Below, in pieces: positions 12,766 through 26,444 of a stretch of 64,000 nucleotides of DNA. The stretch covers positions 248,001 through 312,000 of the forward strand of contig NC_087246.1 in NCBI RefSeq assembly GCF_037042905.1, in the 5' to 3' direction. Both the position numbers and the translations under genes were made by a program. This DNA comes from Lytechinus pictus (lineage: Eukaryota). The stretch's first letter is position 1; each line of letters starts with the position of its first letter. The notes under the pieces were generated by a model. That model saw nothing but the letters and a program-made list of their open reading frames with translations. It was not told the origin of the DNA and did not search any database.

Positions 12766-12974
12766 CTATTCTTTCTCTTGCTTCATCACTGGCACCTCTA
12801 TTAGTAAGCAGTTGGATCAATTCCAGTCTTGCAAGGTATGGTCCTCGTAGTAACCTACCAACTCCTGCATCTCCTGAATTCTTTGATTTTGCTTCCTCAT
12901 TATTAATCTGTTCTTGGATGAAACTGACCATCATCTCCACTGTATGGTCAACTTGACCAAGCTTGAACTTCTCT
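12766..12974 (-). CDS. NAA25: NAA25 exon 9 (EKFKLGQVDH...LRGPYLARLEL...ARERI)
   Basis: CAG/GTAAGA, 209 nt, phase 2-1; RGPYLA.LEL motif. Confidence 0.93.
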
Positions 12975-13791
12975 CTGAAACATAAATATTTTTCACACAT
13001 ATGTGGTGCTATACAAATGCAGTTCATCATCTTATAGAGTACCAAGGAGTGACGTCATCAGTTGTCCCTTTTTGCATGTAAGCGTTTGCCATTTAACACA
13101 CAATGGTCCTCTTAAATGAAAGTTAAAGCCTGTCTAAAGCTTCTGTATTAGGATCAATAATGTGAACTATACTTGAGTTTCATCAAACATTACAATACTA
13201 CCCAGCCTAGTAGTTATTGAATGCATTTTTTTACTTATTCAAAAGTTAAATATGGCATAAATTCCAACCATTAGGAATTAAAGTTAAAACTAGTGCACTC
13301 TCTGTAATACAAAACCTGTATGTAGCTAAAATGCAAAATTTGATTATTTGTATCACTACTATTTCTGATTATAAGCAATTGGCTTAATGATATTTATAAC
13401 TGAAAAAGTATCTCTGACAAATTCCATCAAAATTAAAACAATAAAATAAAAAAATTATAAGACAATGAAATACAATTAACTATTAAATTTTGGAATATTA
13501 AATCATTATCATGGGTGAAATGTGTGCCAATTTTCACTGTGATTGATCTGAGGGGGCCAAATTTTTTAGGGTTTTGTTCCCCTCATCAGATTTATCAAAT
13601 TTATGGGTTTTTCAACCACCAGTTACCCCCCAAAAAAATGTTCCACCGACATAAAAATCATACTATAAAAAGACAAATGTATGTATCCAGACCACTGCTC
13701 ATATCCAGAAGGGACCAGATAGGCCTCCTCCCCCCCCCCTTTTCTTTTATCGTTTTTCTTTTTCTTTTCTTTTTCTTTTTTCATAAACAGG

Positions 13792-14674
13792 AAACTAGCA
13801 GATCAATGATGTGGAGCTCATCCAGCATCCGGCAACGAAATTTAACACAATTTTAATTTCAGCCCAGTTGACACTGTAGTGAATAACATTGGTCACATAA
13901 ATTGAGGATATAGATTTGAAATTGATGAAGAAATGACATAGAAGCATTTTTTGTGATCTATGAATAAATTTCATATAAATTAAGCATAAATAATTTTCTA
14001 GTCAAAATTTCTAAACTCTGTGTAGAACCTCGGTGAACCTCATGTAGCTCTCAGATGGAACAAAAATAATCAAAATCAATCAACAAATAAATAAGTATTT
14101 TTTGTGAGTTTTGAAAATATATGAATAAATTAGCATATTCAATGAGTTTCAAAATTCTGTGTTGAAATTTTGTATCGCCACCTTAGAGCTATCATATAAA
14201 GCAAACAAAATTGAAATTGATCAATAAATGAAGAAAAAACGTTTTAATAAAGAAGCATTTTATGTAAATTTTTAAAAATATGCATAAATTAATTTCACAT
14301 AAATTAGCATAAAAATTGTTCTAGTCAAAATTTCAAAATTCTGTGTAGAAGTTTGGTGAACCTCATAAAGCTCTACCAGATGCGAGCAAAAAATTCAAAA
14401 TCGGTCAAAAAATAAAGAAGCATTTTTTGTGAATTTCGAAAAATGCGCATAAATTAGCATATTTATAGAGTTTCAAAATTCTGTGAAGAAATTTTGAATC
14501 CCCCACCTAGTGCTATCATATAAAGCAAACAGAATTGAAATCGGACTTGAAATGGCAAAGAAGAAGCATTTTGAAATTGTGGACGGACGACAGACGCCAG
14601 ACGACGGACGACAGACGACGGACGCCACGCCACAGCATAAGCTCGTCTGGCCCTTCGGGCCGAATGAGCTAAAA
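13792..14674. mobile_element. Helentron-like family 3
   Basis: agctcat / atgagct subterminal repeats, ggcccttcgggcc hairpin, GACG microsatellite, internal duplication. Confidence 0.6.
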
Positions 14675-14787
14675 ACTGTCCATGGATTTTAGCCTCGGGG
14701 GGGGGGGTTAACTTCTTCTTTTGAAGAAGTGGCCCCTCTGGTTAATCTTGGATGCATCGTTGGTACAGTTTACTCAGGATAACTTAC

Positions 14788-14874
14788 TTTTCATCTTCAG
14801 GAGGTGACCAAGATGAATCTATGAGCTTGAAGGATGAAGTGAAGTACTGTTCATAGAAAAACCAATTATCTGGC
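14788..14874 (-). CDS. NAA25: NAA25 exon 8 (QPDNWFFYEQYFTSSFKLIDSSWSPPEDE)
   Basis: TAG/GTAAGT, 87 nt, phase 2-2; D.W.FY..YF and WSPP motifs. Confidence 0.92.
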
Positions 14875-15652
14875 CTATAGCATAAAAAAAAAAGAATAAC
14901 TGTGCACCAATATCATGTCATTCAAAAAACACTTAAGAATCACTGAAACATCAAGATAATTAATATTCACAAATTAATTAATAAATCTGACAAGAAAAAC
15001 AAATGTGATATTTCTAGGGCTATTATCAATTACATCTTTATCGCTGGTCTTGCCGAAAATTGCTTATTTTTTGCTTAGCGATATAAACGTTTCTTTCGTT
15101 GTCAATAATACCCGCTATTATATGTAGGGACACAGTGATTTTCCCTGATTTCACGGAAATGGCCTTTTGAAAGTGGCTTTTCAAACGTTAAACATATTTT
15201 TCCTCAACAAACTGCACAGAACAGCATCAGAAACTACTCCAAAATCTCAACATATATTTGCTCATTTTAGAAATGAAAAAATTGATCCACTCACCAAAAA
15301 TTAGCATTCAACTAGTTCTATAAAGTGAGTTAAAAGCAAAAACATATACAAAGAAAACACATTTAGGGCAAATTTCATATGCTTATTTGCATAATTAACT
15401 AATAAAAAATGATAAACAATTTTTTTGAAAATTGTACTATACAGTAGATTACATCCAGCTCTATGCGCGAGCAAATTTTCGTGGCGATCACGCAATCAGC
15501 CGAGATCTGAGGGGGGTCAAATTGACCCCCCCCCCCCATATATCCTGATCTGAAATAGCCCAATTAAAATAGGGTTAATATTCTCAAAATAAAATTTTTC
15601 AAACATACTCTTCTCATTTATCCATATAAGGCCATATAAATACTCAACTTAC

Positions 15653-15764
15653 TGTCTAAGTAATAATGATCGATAGGCACTATTAGTCTCAGCCCATTTC
15701 TCCATCTTCCAAAAGAGTTCTGCTTTGCGGATGTCTACTCCATCAATTTCACTGCTCATAAGTT
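15653..15764 (-). CDS. NAA25: NAA25 exon 7 (KLMSSEIDGVDIRKAELFWKMEKWAETNSAYRSLLLR)
   Basis: TAG/GTAAGT, 112 nt, phase 1-2, open frame. Confidence 0.9.
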
Positions 15765-16116
15765 CTAAAAGACAAATATTCTAATGGTAAAATCATCCTC
15801 ACAATAAACAGGGATAATTAAGACCTTGTACGTTTTAGTTGGTGACTCTCTCTTTTAGGATTTACATTAAATTTCTGTTCACAAAATGGCAGTATCCACA
15901 TTTTTTATGTATTTCAATTGGTTATTGAAATTTCTTATGTATTCCTTTGTTGTTATTTATTGAAATCGTCCAGAGCATATTTCAATGATAAATACACGAA
16001 ATCAATTGTTTACTTTTGGTAAAATAAATTTATTAGTTTTGTCTAGATACAGGATTTGCATTGGATTTGTACTTGCAATCTTGTTCTGGAGCAGTTTTGA
16101 GCTTTATAAGGTTATA

Positions 16117-18887
16117 CAGCGCGTCCCAATAAAATGTCCCTCTGATATGCAGCTAAATTACTTCCAAAACAAAAATTATTCTCAATGAAATGTATGGAAC
16201 TAAAAAGCTCATCTCTGGTTCTAACTTCTATAAAAAATTTCATTGGTTTGCTTCAGTGGTTTTGAATAGTCTATTATGTAACAGTGGTGCTTTTCAGCCC
16301 ATTCTAAGTTTGCATGCATGCAGCACTGCCGTGTGTTCTGTACTTTGTAGCAAATCAACCCCCTTTGACCATTCTGACCAAGGAATTCCCTGATCTGACC
16401 AAGGAAATCTCCATGATCTAACCAGGCTCATCAAATCACAACCTTGGGCAAAGGGCAAAAAGGGCAAAAACAGTATTTGATAATTCATTTCATGTTTGAT
16501 AATGGGAGATGCACAATGATTGAGACAACAGGTCATGTCTGTTTCATGCCTAATTCAAACATTTTTTAGTTAATAAGCTACTGAGGTCAAGTTAATTCTA
16601 CTAACTTTTTAAAAGAAAATAAAGTCAAATTCTTCTCTGGTAAAGTTCCTTTCCACAAAGGGTGATTAACTTGTGGACCCCACTTTATTTTTCAGCTTAT
16701 TTTACTCATCCATCATTCACATTTTCTTTCAAGTTGCTGCACTGATTTCCCTTATCAATCATCAAACAAACTTCATTTCTGAAGTTTCTTGTCCTTCTGA
16801 ACATGCCCAAGTTTATGATTTGAGGAGCCTGGATATAATAAGAGAAATGTCCTTACTCAGATCCTGGATGTAAAAATGGGGGTTTACAGGCCATAGACAA
16901 TGCAGAAATGCATCAATGCTGCAAACTTGGAATGGGCTAAAATGCACCACTGTTACTAAGCCTGAGTCGAATCGATTTCAAAATCAATGTTCGATCAATG
17001 TCATCGAGCGCCGGTGCAGATTTTGCAAAATCGGTGCATCAAAAAAAATAAAAATATGTCGGCCGGCCGATTCGTTTTCACACAATCAATCATCAAAAAT
17101 CAAAATAGCAGTAATGTCCAACTTGACTACTACTTACTTGATTTATATTGCCCCAAATATGAAACCGATTGTGTAATTATGATGTCTATTCACCATTAAT
17201 TTGAAGTTTATTTCGATCATAGTTCTTACTCGTCTGCTCGTGCCGAGATAATTTATGCACGATGAATTCATGAATAGAATTAAGTCGCCATCGATCGTGC
17301 ATGTGCAGTACTGTGCTTTAATCAAACCAGAAAATGGCCGGAAAATTGGCGCGATCAACGAAGAATAAATCTTGCTTTCATGAACAATATTAATATCATG
17401 ACCATAGAATACGATTTTTCGTAATAATTAACAATAATTCGCATATGATAATCATTAATATGAATTTAGAGCTTGATGTGAAACGTTTGTATTTCGTATC
17501 AATTTTCAATGACGGACATCACATGACGATCGACTTGAGTGAGTGCACTTGTCTAAAAAAATAATTATCACGTCAGGATTGATTCTCGAACATTGTCAAC
17601 ATGCAGAAACTCTTTTCAAGATCGTTATATCACCATAAAATAACATTTTACATGACAAAACAGAGAAAATTGCGTTTGATATTTTTTCCCATCAATTTGA
17701 AGCTGGTTTGTGCCCAACTTTGGGCTCTAATTTCATTAATGGAAAATATGTCATACATCATCGAACGCACATGCGCATTGTGCTTCTTTGATCGGAGACG
17801 TCGTCCAGAGATGGAATAAAAATAAAGATAATGCCAGTATAATACTATTAATTCTTCCATATGAACATAACATACATTGCTGACATCGTCATTATTTTTA
17901 CTATGGCTATAAAATCTTATTAAATCGTAATTATTTAACATCCAATAATAATTTATATGAATTTAGAGCTCGATCCGAGACATTCGTAGTTATTTCAATC
18001 GCATGCTCTTGTGTCTGACTTTAAAATAAAGAATGGATTATCAGGATTAGTTCTCGAACATCGTCATAACTCATATTCCACAATATTTCCTCACAATCGT
18101 TATATCAGCATTGAATACCAATTCAAATGACCATCCAGAGAAAATTACTTATTCCCATCAATTTATTTGGAGCTCATTTTGGATCCAACTACACAATCTC
18201 AGGCAAGTTACAGCGCTCTCCGCTGGTCGCACTTGTTTGCTGGCGCTGGCAAGCACGCCTGTCGTTTCGGGAGAATGAGTGTACGGGGCTGCGGACGGGG
18301 CTGGTGTGTGTACGAGTCTGGACTGCGAGTGCTAGTTGACCGAAAATTATTCGGATCGACTCTGCTTGATTCATGTCTTTAATATTGTTTCATTTTAAAC
18401 TGATATGTTGTCATCTGCAAATATCATTGTTGGAGATATTTTGGGAAGAATTCTGCATTGGTCCCCGGCCTTTTTTGTGTTTTGTGATGATGGAAAATAC
18501 AAACGAAATTTGCTCCGTCATCTGCTTGTGCAACGCTCACCCGGCCAGCGCATACCGTCAGTGCATGCAGTGCGTGCATAGCGCATCGACGAGACGGCCG
18601 GAGCAAAAAAAAAAATGACTCGATTTCCCCGCCTTCAAAATTCGATGCATCGATGTTCGATCCAATTAAAGCTGTCGAACACCGGTTTTCAAAATAATCG
18701 ATATGACTCAGGCTTAACTGTTGCATAACAGTGTGTATTCAAAACCACTAGGCATGACCAATGAAATTTTCATAGAAGTTAGATCATGAAATGAGCTTTC
18801 TACTCATTAAAATTTATTTGAGAATACTACCACATTTCAGAATTAATTCAGCCCTATGTCAGAGGGACATTTTGGGGTGACATGCTG
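16117..18887. mobile_element. Tc1/mariner-like MITE interrupted by a hAT-like element
   Basis: TA|CAGCGCGTC..aaaatgtccctctga / tcagagggacatttt..GACATGCTG|TA. Confidence 0.7.
16957..18716 (+). mobile_element. Non-autonomous hAT-like element (~1.75 kb), copy 1
   Basis: TIR TAAGCCTGAGTC; 8-bp TSD actgttac/actgttgc. Confidence 0.88.
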
Positions 18888-19027
18888 TAAATTGTAAAAA
18901 AAATAAAATAAAATAAATGACTATAAAAGAAGTTTAATGGTCATGTAACTTCCATGTTCAAATGAACAGGATCCACTGACAATTCTTTCAATAAAAGCAC
19001 TCAATGTACCATGAAATAAATACTTAC

Positions 19028-19214
19028 TTCCTAATGGTCCATCCAGTATCTCAATGGCCTTTTCATTTTTCCCAAGATAATCTAATACCATAAGATAGAG
19101 AATGACTTCAGCCTCAGCATCCAGTTTATTTTCCTTGACCATTCTCTCTATCATCTTCTCAGAAAGAGGAAAATACATAGATGATGCAAGCTTGGTGTCT
19201 ACACTTGTAAGACC
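19028..19214 (-). CDS. NAA25: NAA25 exon 6 (GLTSVDTKLASSMYFPLSEKMIERMVKENKLDAEAEV...GPLG)
   Basis: CAG/GTAAGT, 187 nt, phase 0-1; lies within ORF 18921..19247. Confidence 0.95.
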
Positions 19215-19589
19215 CTGTGAAAGAATAGGAGCAATAGTCACATACAACCGTGTTCACTTATGGTGAGAAGAATCTCAAAAAGATTATCTCATGTATAATT
19301 ACAATAATTATTCTGTTTTCAGACAAAATTCATAACTAATTAAAATCAATTTAGTTCATTTTATTTACGATTGAAAAAAATGTCACAGGCAATTTCCATT
19401 AAAAAAAAAATAAATAAATAAAAGATCAATTGTGGTGTTCGTAATGGATAGCACAACAGTGAAAACGAGTTTTAACACCCAAATTCAAATTGTTATGCAT
19501 TATTATTATATGTTTGGTGTCACCTGTACCTGGGAGACGAAAAGCAAACTGATCAACTATTAACGGCAGGTCTCTCCTCCCGATATAAC

Positions 19590-19870
19590 TGATTGGGAGA
19601 ATGCAGGTGGATCACTACACCAGGGTATCCCCTCTTTTATACAAATAGTGCAGTGGGATCTTAACGTGCAAAAGTGGTGACTCTCTTCTACACAGGGGAT
19701 TCCATTCAACGTCTTATCCGAGGGACATAGTGTTTTCCACTGTAACATAGCCTGCATATATGGAACAGGGGAGAGTCGTTTACACACAACGCAGGCTTCA
19801 TTCATCCGCCTAGGTGGACTCGCACCACAACCTTTGGTTCGGCAGGCAGACGCTTTATCGACTGAACCAT
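19590..19870 (-). mobile_element. tRNA-derived SINE (Nin-domain-like)
   Basis: Minus strand: A-box-like TGGTTCAGTCGATA, B-box-like GGTGCGAGTCC; core cctcggataagacgttgaatggaatcccctgtg. Confidence 0.7.
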
Positions 19871-20059
19871 AAGTAATCAATAATTTTGGAACAATCAAGT
19901 ATGTTTTTACAAATATCATAAGTGACATGCATGTCCATTTCACCATGCCTAGTCTTTCCAGCCTGCAAATTACCCTATTCTTATTCATGGCATCAATCAC
20001 TTAAACATCTAAACAACTTGTAACTTTATTTTATTTTTCTCCTAAGATTTAGTACTCAC

Positions 20060-20134
20060 CTGCATTACAACACTCATAACACCCCAGAAATAGTATGGAT
20101 TCTTTGGAAACACTTTGTACAAACCCATAGCAAC
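20060..20134 (-). CDS. NAA25: NAA25 exon 5 (VAMGLYKVFPKNPYYFWGVMSVVMQ)
   Basis: TAG/GTGAGT, 75 nt; conserved PKNPYYFW motif. Confidence 0.96.
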
Positions 20135-20651
20135 CTAAAAAGCAACAATAATCAATGAAAATGAAATTGACATGAATCTCATAACATTTAGAAACACAAA
20201 GTAACATTCTAAGAAATTATCAATGGGGTGAAATGGGAAAATGCAAGACATGTCAAAATGTTGCGAGGTGGCAGAATAAGGCAAGGATAATGATGTAGTA
20301 AATCACTGTTAACAATCACAATACCATGAGGGTTATGAGAAAGAAAAAAAAAATTATATAAACAACTCCTCACAATGTCAGGCCTTAACTTCATACAATA
20401 ATCAAATATGCTGACTCCCTATACTACAGATACATGGTTTGAAATTCTATGAATTTTATAGGTTTACAGGGTACTTTACATGTATATGGATATTTGAGGT
20501 GCAAAGGAAAACTGACTAACTAACTATTAATAAAAATATACCTATGTATAAAGGTAACCATAAAAAACCTAGTAATAAACCTTTTTTTTTAATGAATTGA
20601 TGAATGAAGAGGTGATCAGAAGTGCTTTTTTTATAGATAGAGACAAATTAC

Positions 20652-20770
20652 CTGTTGCTGCCTTTTGCAGTTTCCTACTCTGACTAGAGCCATAAAGAGA
20701 TGTGTGTGAAACTCTTCATTTAGTGGTTGGTTCTTCAGAGCACTGTTGTAAATCTCTACTATCAGCTCAG
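20652..20770 (-). CDS. NAA25: NAA25 exon 4 (PELIVEIYNSALKNQPLNEEFHTHLFMALVRVGNCKRQQQ)
   Basis: AAG acceptor, GTAATT donor, 119 nt, phase 1-0; EE.H.HLFMA motif. Confidence 0.93.
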
Positions 20771-20865
20771 CTTTAAAGATTAAAATTCAAAATTCGATTC
20801 AATAATGTACGCATGATCTTGGACAATTTCAGTTGTTAAACGCATGTTCACAATGAAAACAAATA

Positions 20866-22287
20866 CTGTACAAGCTGTTATTTTCGCATACAGAATTTTT
20901 CGCGAATCGCGGGGGTCCCGACATTTTCGCGGGTTGTTAAATTCGCGATCGGAAGATGTACGAAACACTTCCACAGCATTTCAAAGAAGCAAAACTAATG
21001 CAAATCATGTGCAAATCTATGCTCCTCAAATTTCCTATGCTGATGTGCATTTTGTACATAAATATGTCCCTGTAAAACAGTTACAAAATGTGAAAAAAAG
21101 TGGCCTAAATTTCACTTTTTTGCACCTTTAGATCTAAAAATTCATCATGTCACAGTTTGATCTGTATGAGTAATCTTTTGAAGTTGTGTTTTGTTAGATT
21201 CACTTTTTAAAAAAATGGTTGCAGTGCAAAAATGTTCAATTTTGAGAACAGAATCTTACACCCCTAAAAGCTCTGGTCATGTGACTTATGAATATTAATG
21301 AGTGTGCAAATAGCTGCCAATACGTGTGTGTATATAGTGAATCAGATGACAATGAAATCAAATTATTTTATGGAAAATACATTTTATTATTACAGTGAGT
21401 GAATAAATATCAAACGAATTATGTGAGAAAATAGCTTAGGCTCTGATTTTGTTTGAGAAATAAAAAAAAAGGGAAATTCTAGCTAACTTTTTGAATCACT
21501 AACTGTACTTTCTAAAACTTGTTTTTTGTACATATACAGGTGCATGATTCATTTTTCTCACTGTAGAGAATGTTTTCAATAGCAAAGCTTTGCTGTTGGG
21601 GATATTGGCACTGACTAATAAATGTGTCAATATTTTCACATGTTGTTAAAGGACAAGTCCACCCCAACAAAAAGTTGATTTGAATAAAAAGAGAAAAATC
21701 CAACAAAAAAAAATTCATCAAAATCGGATGTAAAATAAGAAAGTTATGACATTTTAAAGTTTCGCTTAATTTCACAAAACAGTTATATGCACATCCTGGC
21801 TGGTATGCAAATGAGGAGACTATGACATCATCCACTCACTATTTCTTTTGTATTTTATTATATAACATATGAAATATTCTAATTTTCTCCCCATTGAAAG
21901 TGATACAACGATTAATTCCTCCCTGAACATGTGGAATTAGCATTGTTTAATACTATATGGTTCAGTCAAGTTGGTCCTTATTGTCAAATCTATAAAAAAT
22001 GAAATAATGTATAATTCAAACAATAAAAAACAAAAGAAATAGTGAGTGATGGACATCATCGACTGACTCACCTAGTTGTGCATGTCACTGTTTTGTGAAA
22101 AATAAGCGAAACTTAAAAATGTCATAACTTTCTTATTTTACATCCAATTTTGATGAAATTTTCAGCACTATGCTAGTTTGATTTTTCTCTATTTATTCAA
22201 GTCAGCTTTTTCCTGGGGTGGACTTGACCTTTAAATTCGCGGCCAATTGGCAATTCGCGAAATCCGCGAAAATAACAGCTCATACAG
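20866..22287. mobile_element. TA-flanked CTGTA...TACAG MITE hosting the Kolobok family A copy (related element ~30974-31714)
   Basis: tactgtacaagctgttattttcgc / gcgaaaataacagctcatacagta. Confidence 0.75.
21650..22230. mobile_element. Kolobok-like MITE family A, intact (other copies ~45016-45221 and ~61968-62499)
   Basis: TTAA TSD, AGG..CCT termini, long imperfect terminal inverted repeats (TIRs). Confidence 0.85.
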
Positions 22288-22994
22288 TACATGAAATGTA
22301 TATACAGAGAAGGCTTAATTACAATACAATTTTGCTCTTTATCAAGCCTGTTGACAGGATTTTCAATTACAGGGTTCAATCTCTTCTCTTTTCTCTTCTA
22401 CTTTCCCTCCAATTTATTTTGCTTTTGATAATTTCAGGAGTTCAATAGAACACACCTCCCTTGGCTAAAGGCTTGTATATGCACAAATGATTCCATCAAA
22501 CATATCGATGCTGCAGGCCTACTGCATTTCTTGACCTACATATGTTTTAGTTACTAATACTATTTCATTTTCAGATTGTGGTGGTTTTTTTTTGTTTTTT
22601 TTAAAGATGCAGAATAGATTACCAAAGTGAACTGAGATATGCATTGGAGTCTTTAGAGATAAATTCATGTAAGTTGAATTAATTAATGCGTCATTAACAT
22701 TATCTTCAAGTTTGATATTTCAGAATGGAAATGAGGGGGACTTGAAAGAAGTGGGTAGGTTAACCCATAGAGCAGCCATAGAGGAATCTTTTTTTTTTAA
22801 TACTAGCAATCATAATATGGAACATGATTAAATCAAGGTGGTAGTCTCGCCTATTTTCACAATAAATAAAATATGCAATATGATTTTTTTACCCCTAGGT
22901 GATGAAAGCAAATGAAATAAACCCTTACAAAAATGTTTCCTTTTTTTTCTTCCAAACCATACTCTGTAACATTGAAAGGGAGACAAATACTTAC

Positions 22995-23133
22995 GTTTCT
23001 GCATCTCTCTAAAGCAGATAGACAAGGCTGATAATGTTGCTTCATCTGTTGGTTTAACCTGAATGACATCTTGTGTGATTGCAAGACTCTCTTTTCTACG
23101 TCCCATTCGAAGAAGAGCAAGAGCCTTTAATAC
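22995..23133 (-). CDS. NAA25: NAA25 exon 3 (VLKALALLRMG...CFREMQK)
   Basis: CAG/GTAAGT, 139 nt, phase 0-1; lies within ORF 22828..23175. Confidence 0.95.
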
Positions 23134-23182
23134 CTGCATACATGCACAAAATAACAGATATCCTATCATAAGCATTTCTTAA

Positions 23183-23777
23183 AGGGGAATCCAACCAAAA
23201 TAAAAACTTGCTTTTATAAGAAAAAGAAAAATCAGACAAGTTGATAGGTGAAAGTTTGAACAATATTGGACAAACACCAAGAAAGTTATGAATTTTTAAA
23301 AGTTGTAAATATTGGTAATCACTATACTCATGGAGACTTCAAATTGGCGGCATATGGGATGTCATAGTGATGTAAGGCAAGGACTACTCTTCTATGTACT
23401 CCAATACATATTATGGCTAAAATGTCATTTTCCCCAAAAGTTTTACTTCAAATCATATTTTTCTTTCATGAGGACATAAAACAATATACTACCTGGGTTA
23501 TATTTAGATTACTACCCCAGGGGAATGGGTACTTAGGAGAAAACCACAAATCCCTGATAATAAAGTACATGGCCTATGGGAAAGTTGTCCTTGCCCCTTG
23601 TCATAATTTACTTACCCAGTTGCCAATTTGAAATGTACATACCTTTAGTGATCTCAATTTTAAAGCAGCTATAACTTTCTTATTGCTTGTCCGATTTCTT
23701 TCAAACTTTCACCAATCTGTTTTATTCATTTTTCTCCTTCCCAACAAAACATTTTATGGCCAAGGCTGGATTCCCCT
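23183..23777. mobile_element. Kolobok-like MITE family B
   Basis: TTAA|AGGGGAATCCA...TGGATTCCCCT|TTAA. Confidence 0.85.
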
Positions 23778-24084
23778 TTAAGTACTGCATTCTTAAATCT
23801 TTTTTCACACTAGTATTTGACAAATTCTCATCAATCTACCCTACATGTATTCTAGCATAATAAAAATCATCCAATAACAGAAACCTAAAATATTTCAATT
23901 CATACTGATAAGAATATGTATGCCATAAAACATTTACAATGTTGAGGATATGAAATAAAACAGTGTTTTACAGGATACATTTTGTGACCTTGACATTTGA
24001 CCTTTTGACCTCAAAATCAATAGGCTTCCTGGGATCCATGCTATTATCATACACACCAAATTATATGAGCCTAGATTAAGTTAA

Positions 24085-24668
24085 AGGAGAATGAAACTCT
24101 TGGAGCAAGTTATCTTTTGTGAAAGCAGAAAAATCAAAGAATAAGATCAACAAAAGTTTGAGTAAAATAGGACTAGCAATAGAAGAGTTGTGAGCATTTG
24201 AATGTCGAGATCACTAATGCTATGGAGATCCTCCCATTGGCAATGCGACCAAGATCTATGATGTCACAGATGAACAACTCTCCCCTTTTGGACACTGAAA
24301 ATATACCCCAAAACATCTCTTTTTGCTCATTCTAATCATATGACAAACGATTCATCAATGATATAATGTTGTGAAACCTCTTTACTTGTCCTCTCATAAA
24401 GAGAACACATCACCTTGTGATAGACTCTATAAAAGTGAGAATATAAGTGAAATAAATACTAAAGTAATGAGGGAGTTGTACGTGTGTGACATCACAGATC
24501 TTGGTCGAATTGCCAATGGGAGGATCTACATGGCATTAGTGATCTCAATATTCAAATGCTCATAACTTTCTTATTATTCATTCAATCTTCCTCAAACTTT
24601 CAACAATATGTTTCTTTGATTTTTCTCTTTGATATGGATTCAGCTGGTTTCAAGGTTTTCATTCTCCT
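24085..24668. mobile_element. Kolobok-like MITE family C, inside a Helentron-like remnant (~23960-24762)
   Basis: TTAA|AGGAGAATGAAA...TTTCATTCTCCT|TTAA; long inverted arms. Confidence 0.85.
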
Positions 24669-24853
24669 TTAAACTGAAGTTATCGCCTTTACAGGGAAAA
24701 GTAAACAGACGGACACCGAGCATGATACCATAATGTGTCCCATCTAGGACGGGCGTATAAAAATGGAATTAATATCAGCAAAATTATATCAGTGAAAATT
24801 CATGAGTTTCTTTAGAAATCTTGGATAGGTCAGGAAAAAAAACAATGCTTTAC

Positions 24854-24939
24854 CTTGGCACAGTGAAGATCTCTGTGTTTCTTGAGCAGTTTATCTGCAG
24901 CTTGTAGTGCTATTTTATAGTTTCCATTATCAAGATTAT
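24854..24939 (-). CDS. NAA25: NAA25 exon 2 (DNLDNGNYKIALQAADKLLKKHRDLHCAK)
   Basis: TAG acceptor, GTAAAG donor, 86 nt; continues exon 1 frame; strong NAA25 motif. Confidence 0.95.
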
Positions 24940-26444
24940 CTAGAATGAACCAAAAAAAACACCATCATAATAGCATGTTAGAATGGGTGTAGAATCTAGA
25001 CTACGGTATAACTTTTTAAGATGCTAAATCAAAGAATATGATCTTACCTGAAACAGGCGCTCTAACTCTAACTCATGAGTCATCCCGGGTTTTGTTTACA
25101 GATGACTGCCTAGGATTTTTTCAGCAAAGACCGGTGGACCGATACAATAAAGAGATATATTCAATAGGGCTGAGCTGGGTTAGTTTTGATAGTGCATTTT
25201 GGAAAACTCAGTCTAATGAAGAAACGCTGACCTGGCCGAAAGAGGCTGTAGCTGCAATCGGAATGCAACCTGCAAATTCACATGTTTTGGGAGCAAAATT
25301 GCAAGGCTAAAGTATGAGAAGGCAGTTTCTCTACCTTTGAGTTCTCCACACCACATATCTACTGAGACTACTACCATGATAAACTATAATGCTTTCCATT
25401 GTTTTAGGGCCATCAGAATTGCTTTGTGGGCCACCAAAAATATAAAATTTATGATTTTGGTGGACTGGTGGATTGATCGGGCTGGCCACCTAACCCAGAG
25501 ATCACCGGGCCAGAGCCTAAAAGGGAACAATAGGCTGCCATAGGCAAAATGGGTATTCTTGAGGTTGGGGTACCAAAAACACCCAATATCAAAGAAAAAA
25601 AAAGAAATCATGCACCCACCACGATTCTACTGATGAAAGTCTAACCCACAGCAAAATCCTGACTTCAAGGTAGTAGCTAGACCCTCAAATAAGGGAAAGT
25701 TACAGCCGCGTTCGTTCTCTCGCTTTCAAAATTGCAAACAAAATGCGCAAAGAAAACAGATTTTCAAGCAAAATAAATGAATATTCATGACATAGAGATC
25801 AGGGAATTCCCTTCTTTCGCACTCAGGAGAATGATTCTTTTGAGCTCTGCTGCAATTGAAGCCCAGGAATCTCTAACAAGCAGAAAGAATGGCGGAAAAA
25901 CAGAATAGATGTGATTTGTAATGTATATTTTGTGCAAAGTCGAGCGGGCTATAAAAAGTTTACATGTAGATTAACTAATTTACAGTTTGTAACTAGCCCA
26001 ACAACAGTATCAAAGCCAGGTTTTTCATTGAGACAATGTTATCAATTATTTAGGGACAGTGATTTTCCGCGATCGCGGAAAACGGACGGAATTCACGGAA
26101 AGGGCCTTTTGAGACGGAAAGTGGCATTTCAAATGGAATATCACGGAAAAGATATTTTTCCTCCAATTACACAGAACAGCAACAGAAATTACTCAAAAAT
26201 CTCAACAATATACAAATATTAAATGGCCACAAAACCCCAGAAAACATGATCTTACTTCGCTACAATCATGACAATTCACACATCGTGACTGCACTCGACT
26301 TCATCACACTCGCCCATACCCCCCTCGCGCCCGTACCGTACCCTGCCTTGGCCGGGCGCGGGCAGAGTTGAGCTTATCGAAAACATTCACGCACACATAG
26401 TCTGATTTCAACAACACGGTTGTGTGTTGCTGCCCTCTACATTA

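Noticed and set aside
19800..19870. tRNA gene
   Set aside because: Only degenerate A/B boxes, fused to a SINE body; no complete cloverleaf.
7530..22448. Duplicate 60-76 aa ORFs at 7530-7781 and 22197-22448
   Set aside because: By-product of the intronic duplication; no recognisable domain, and they start at non-ATG codons.
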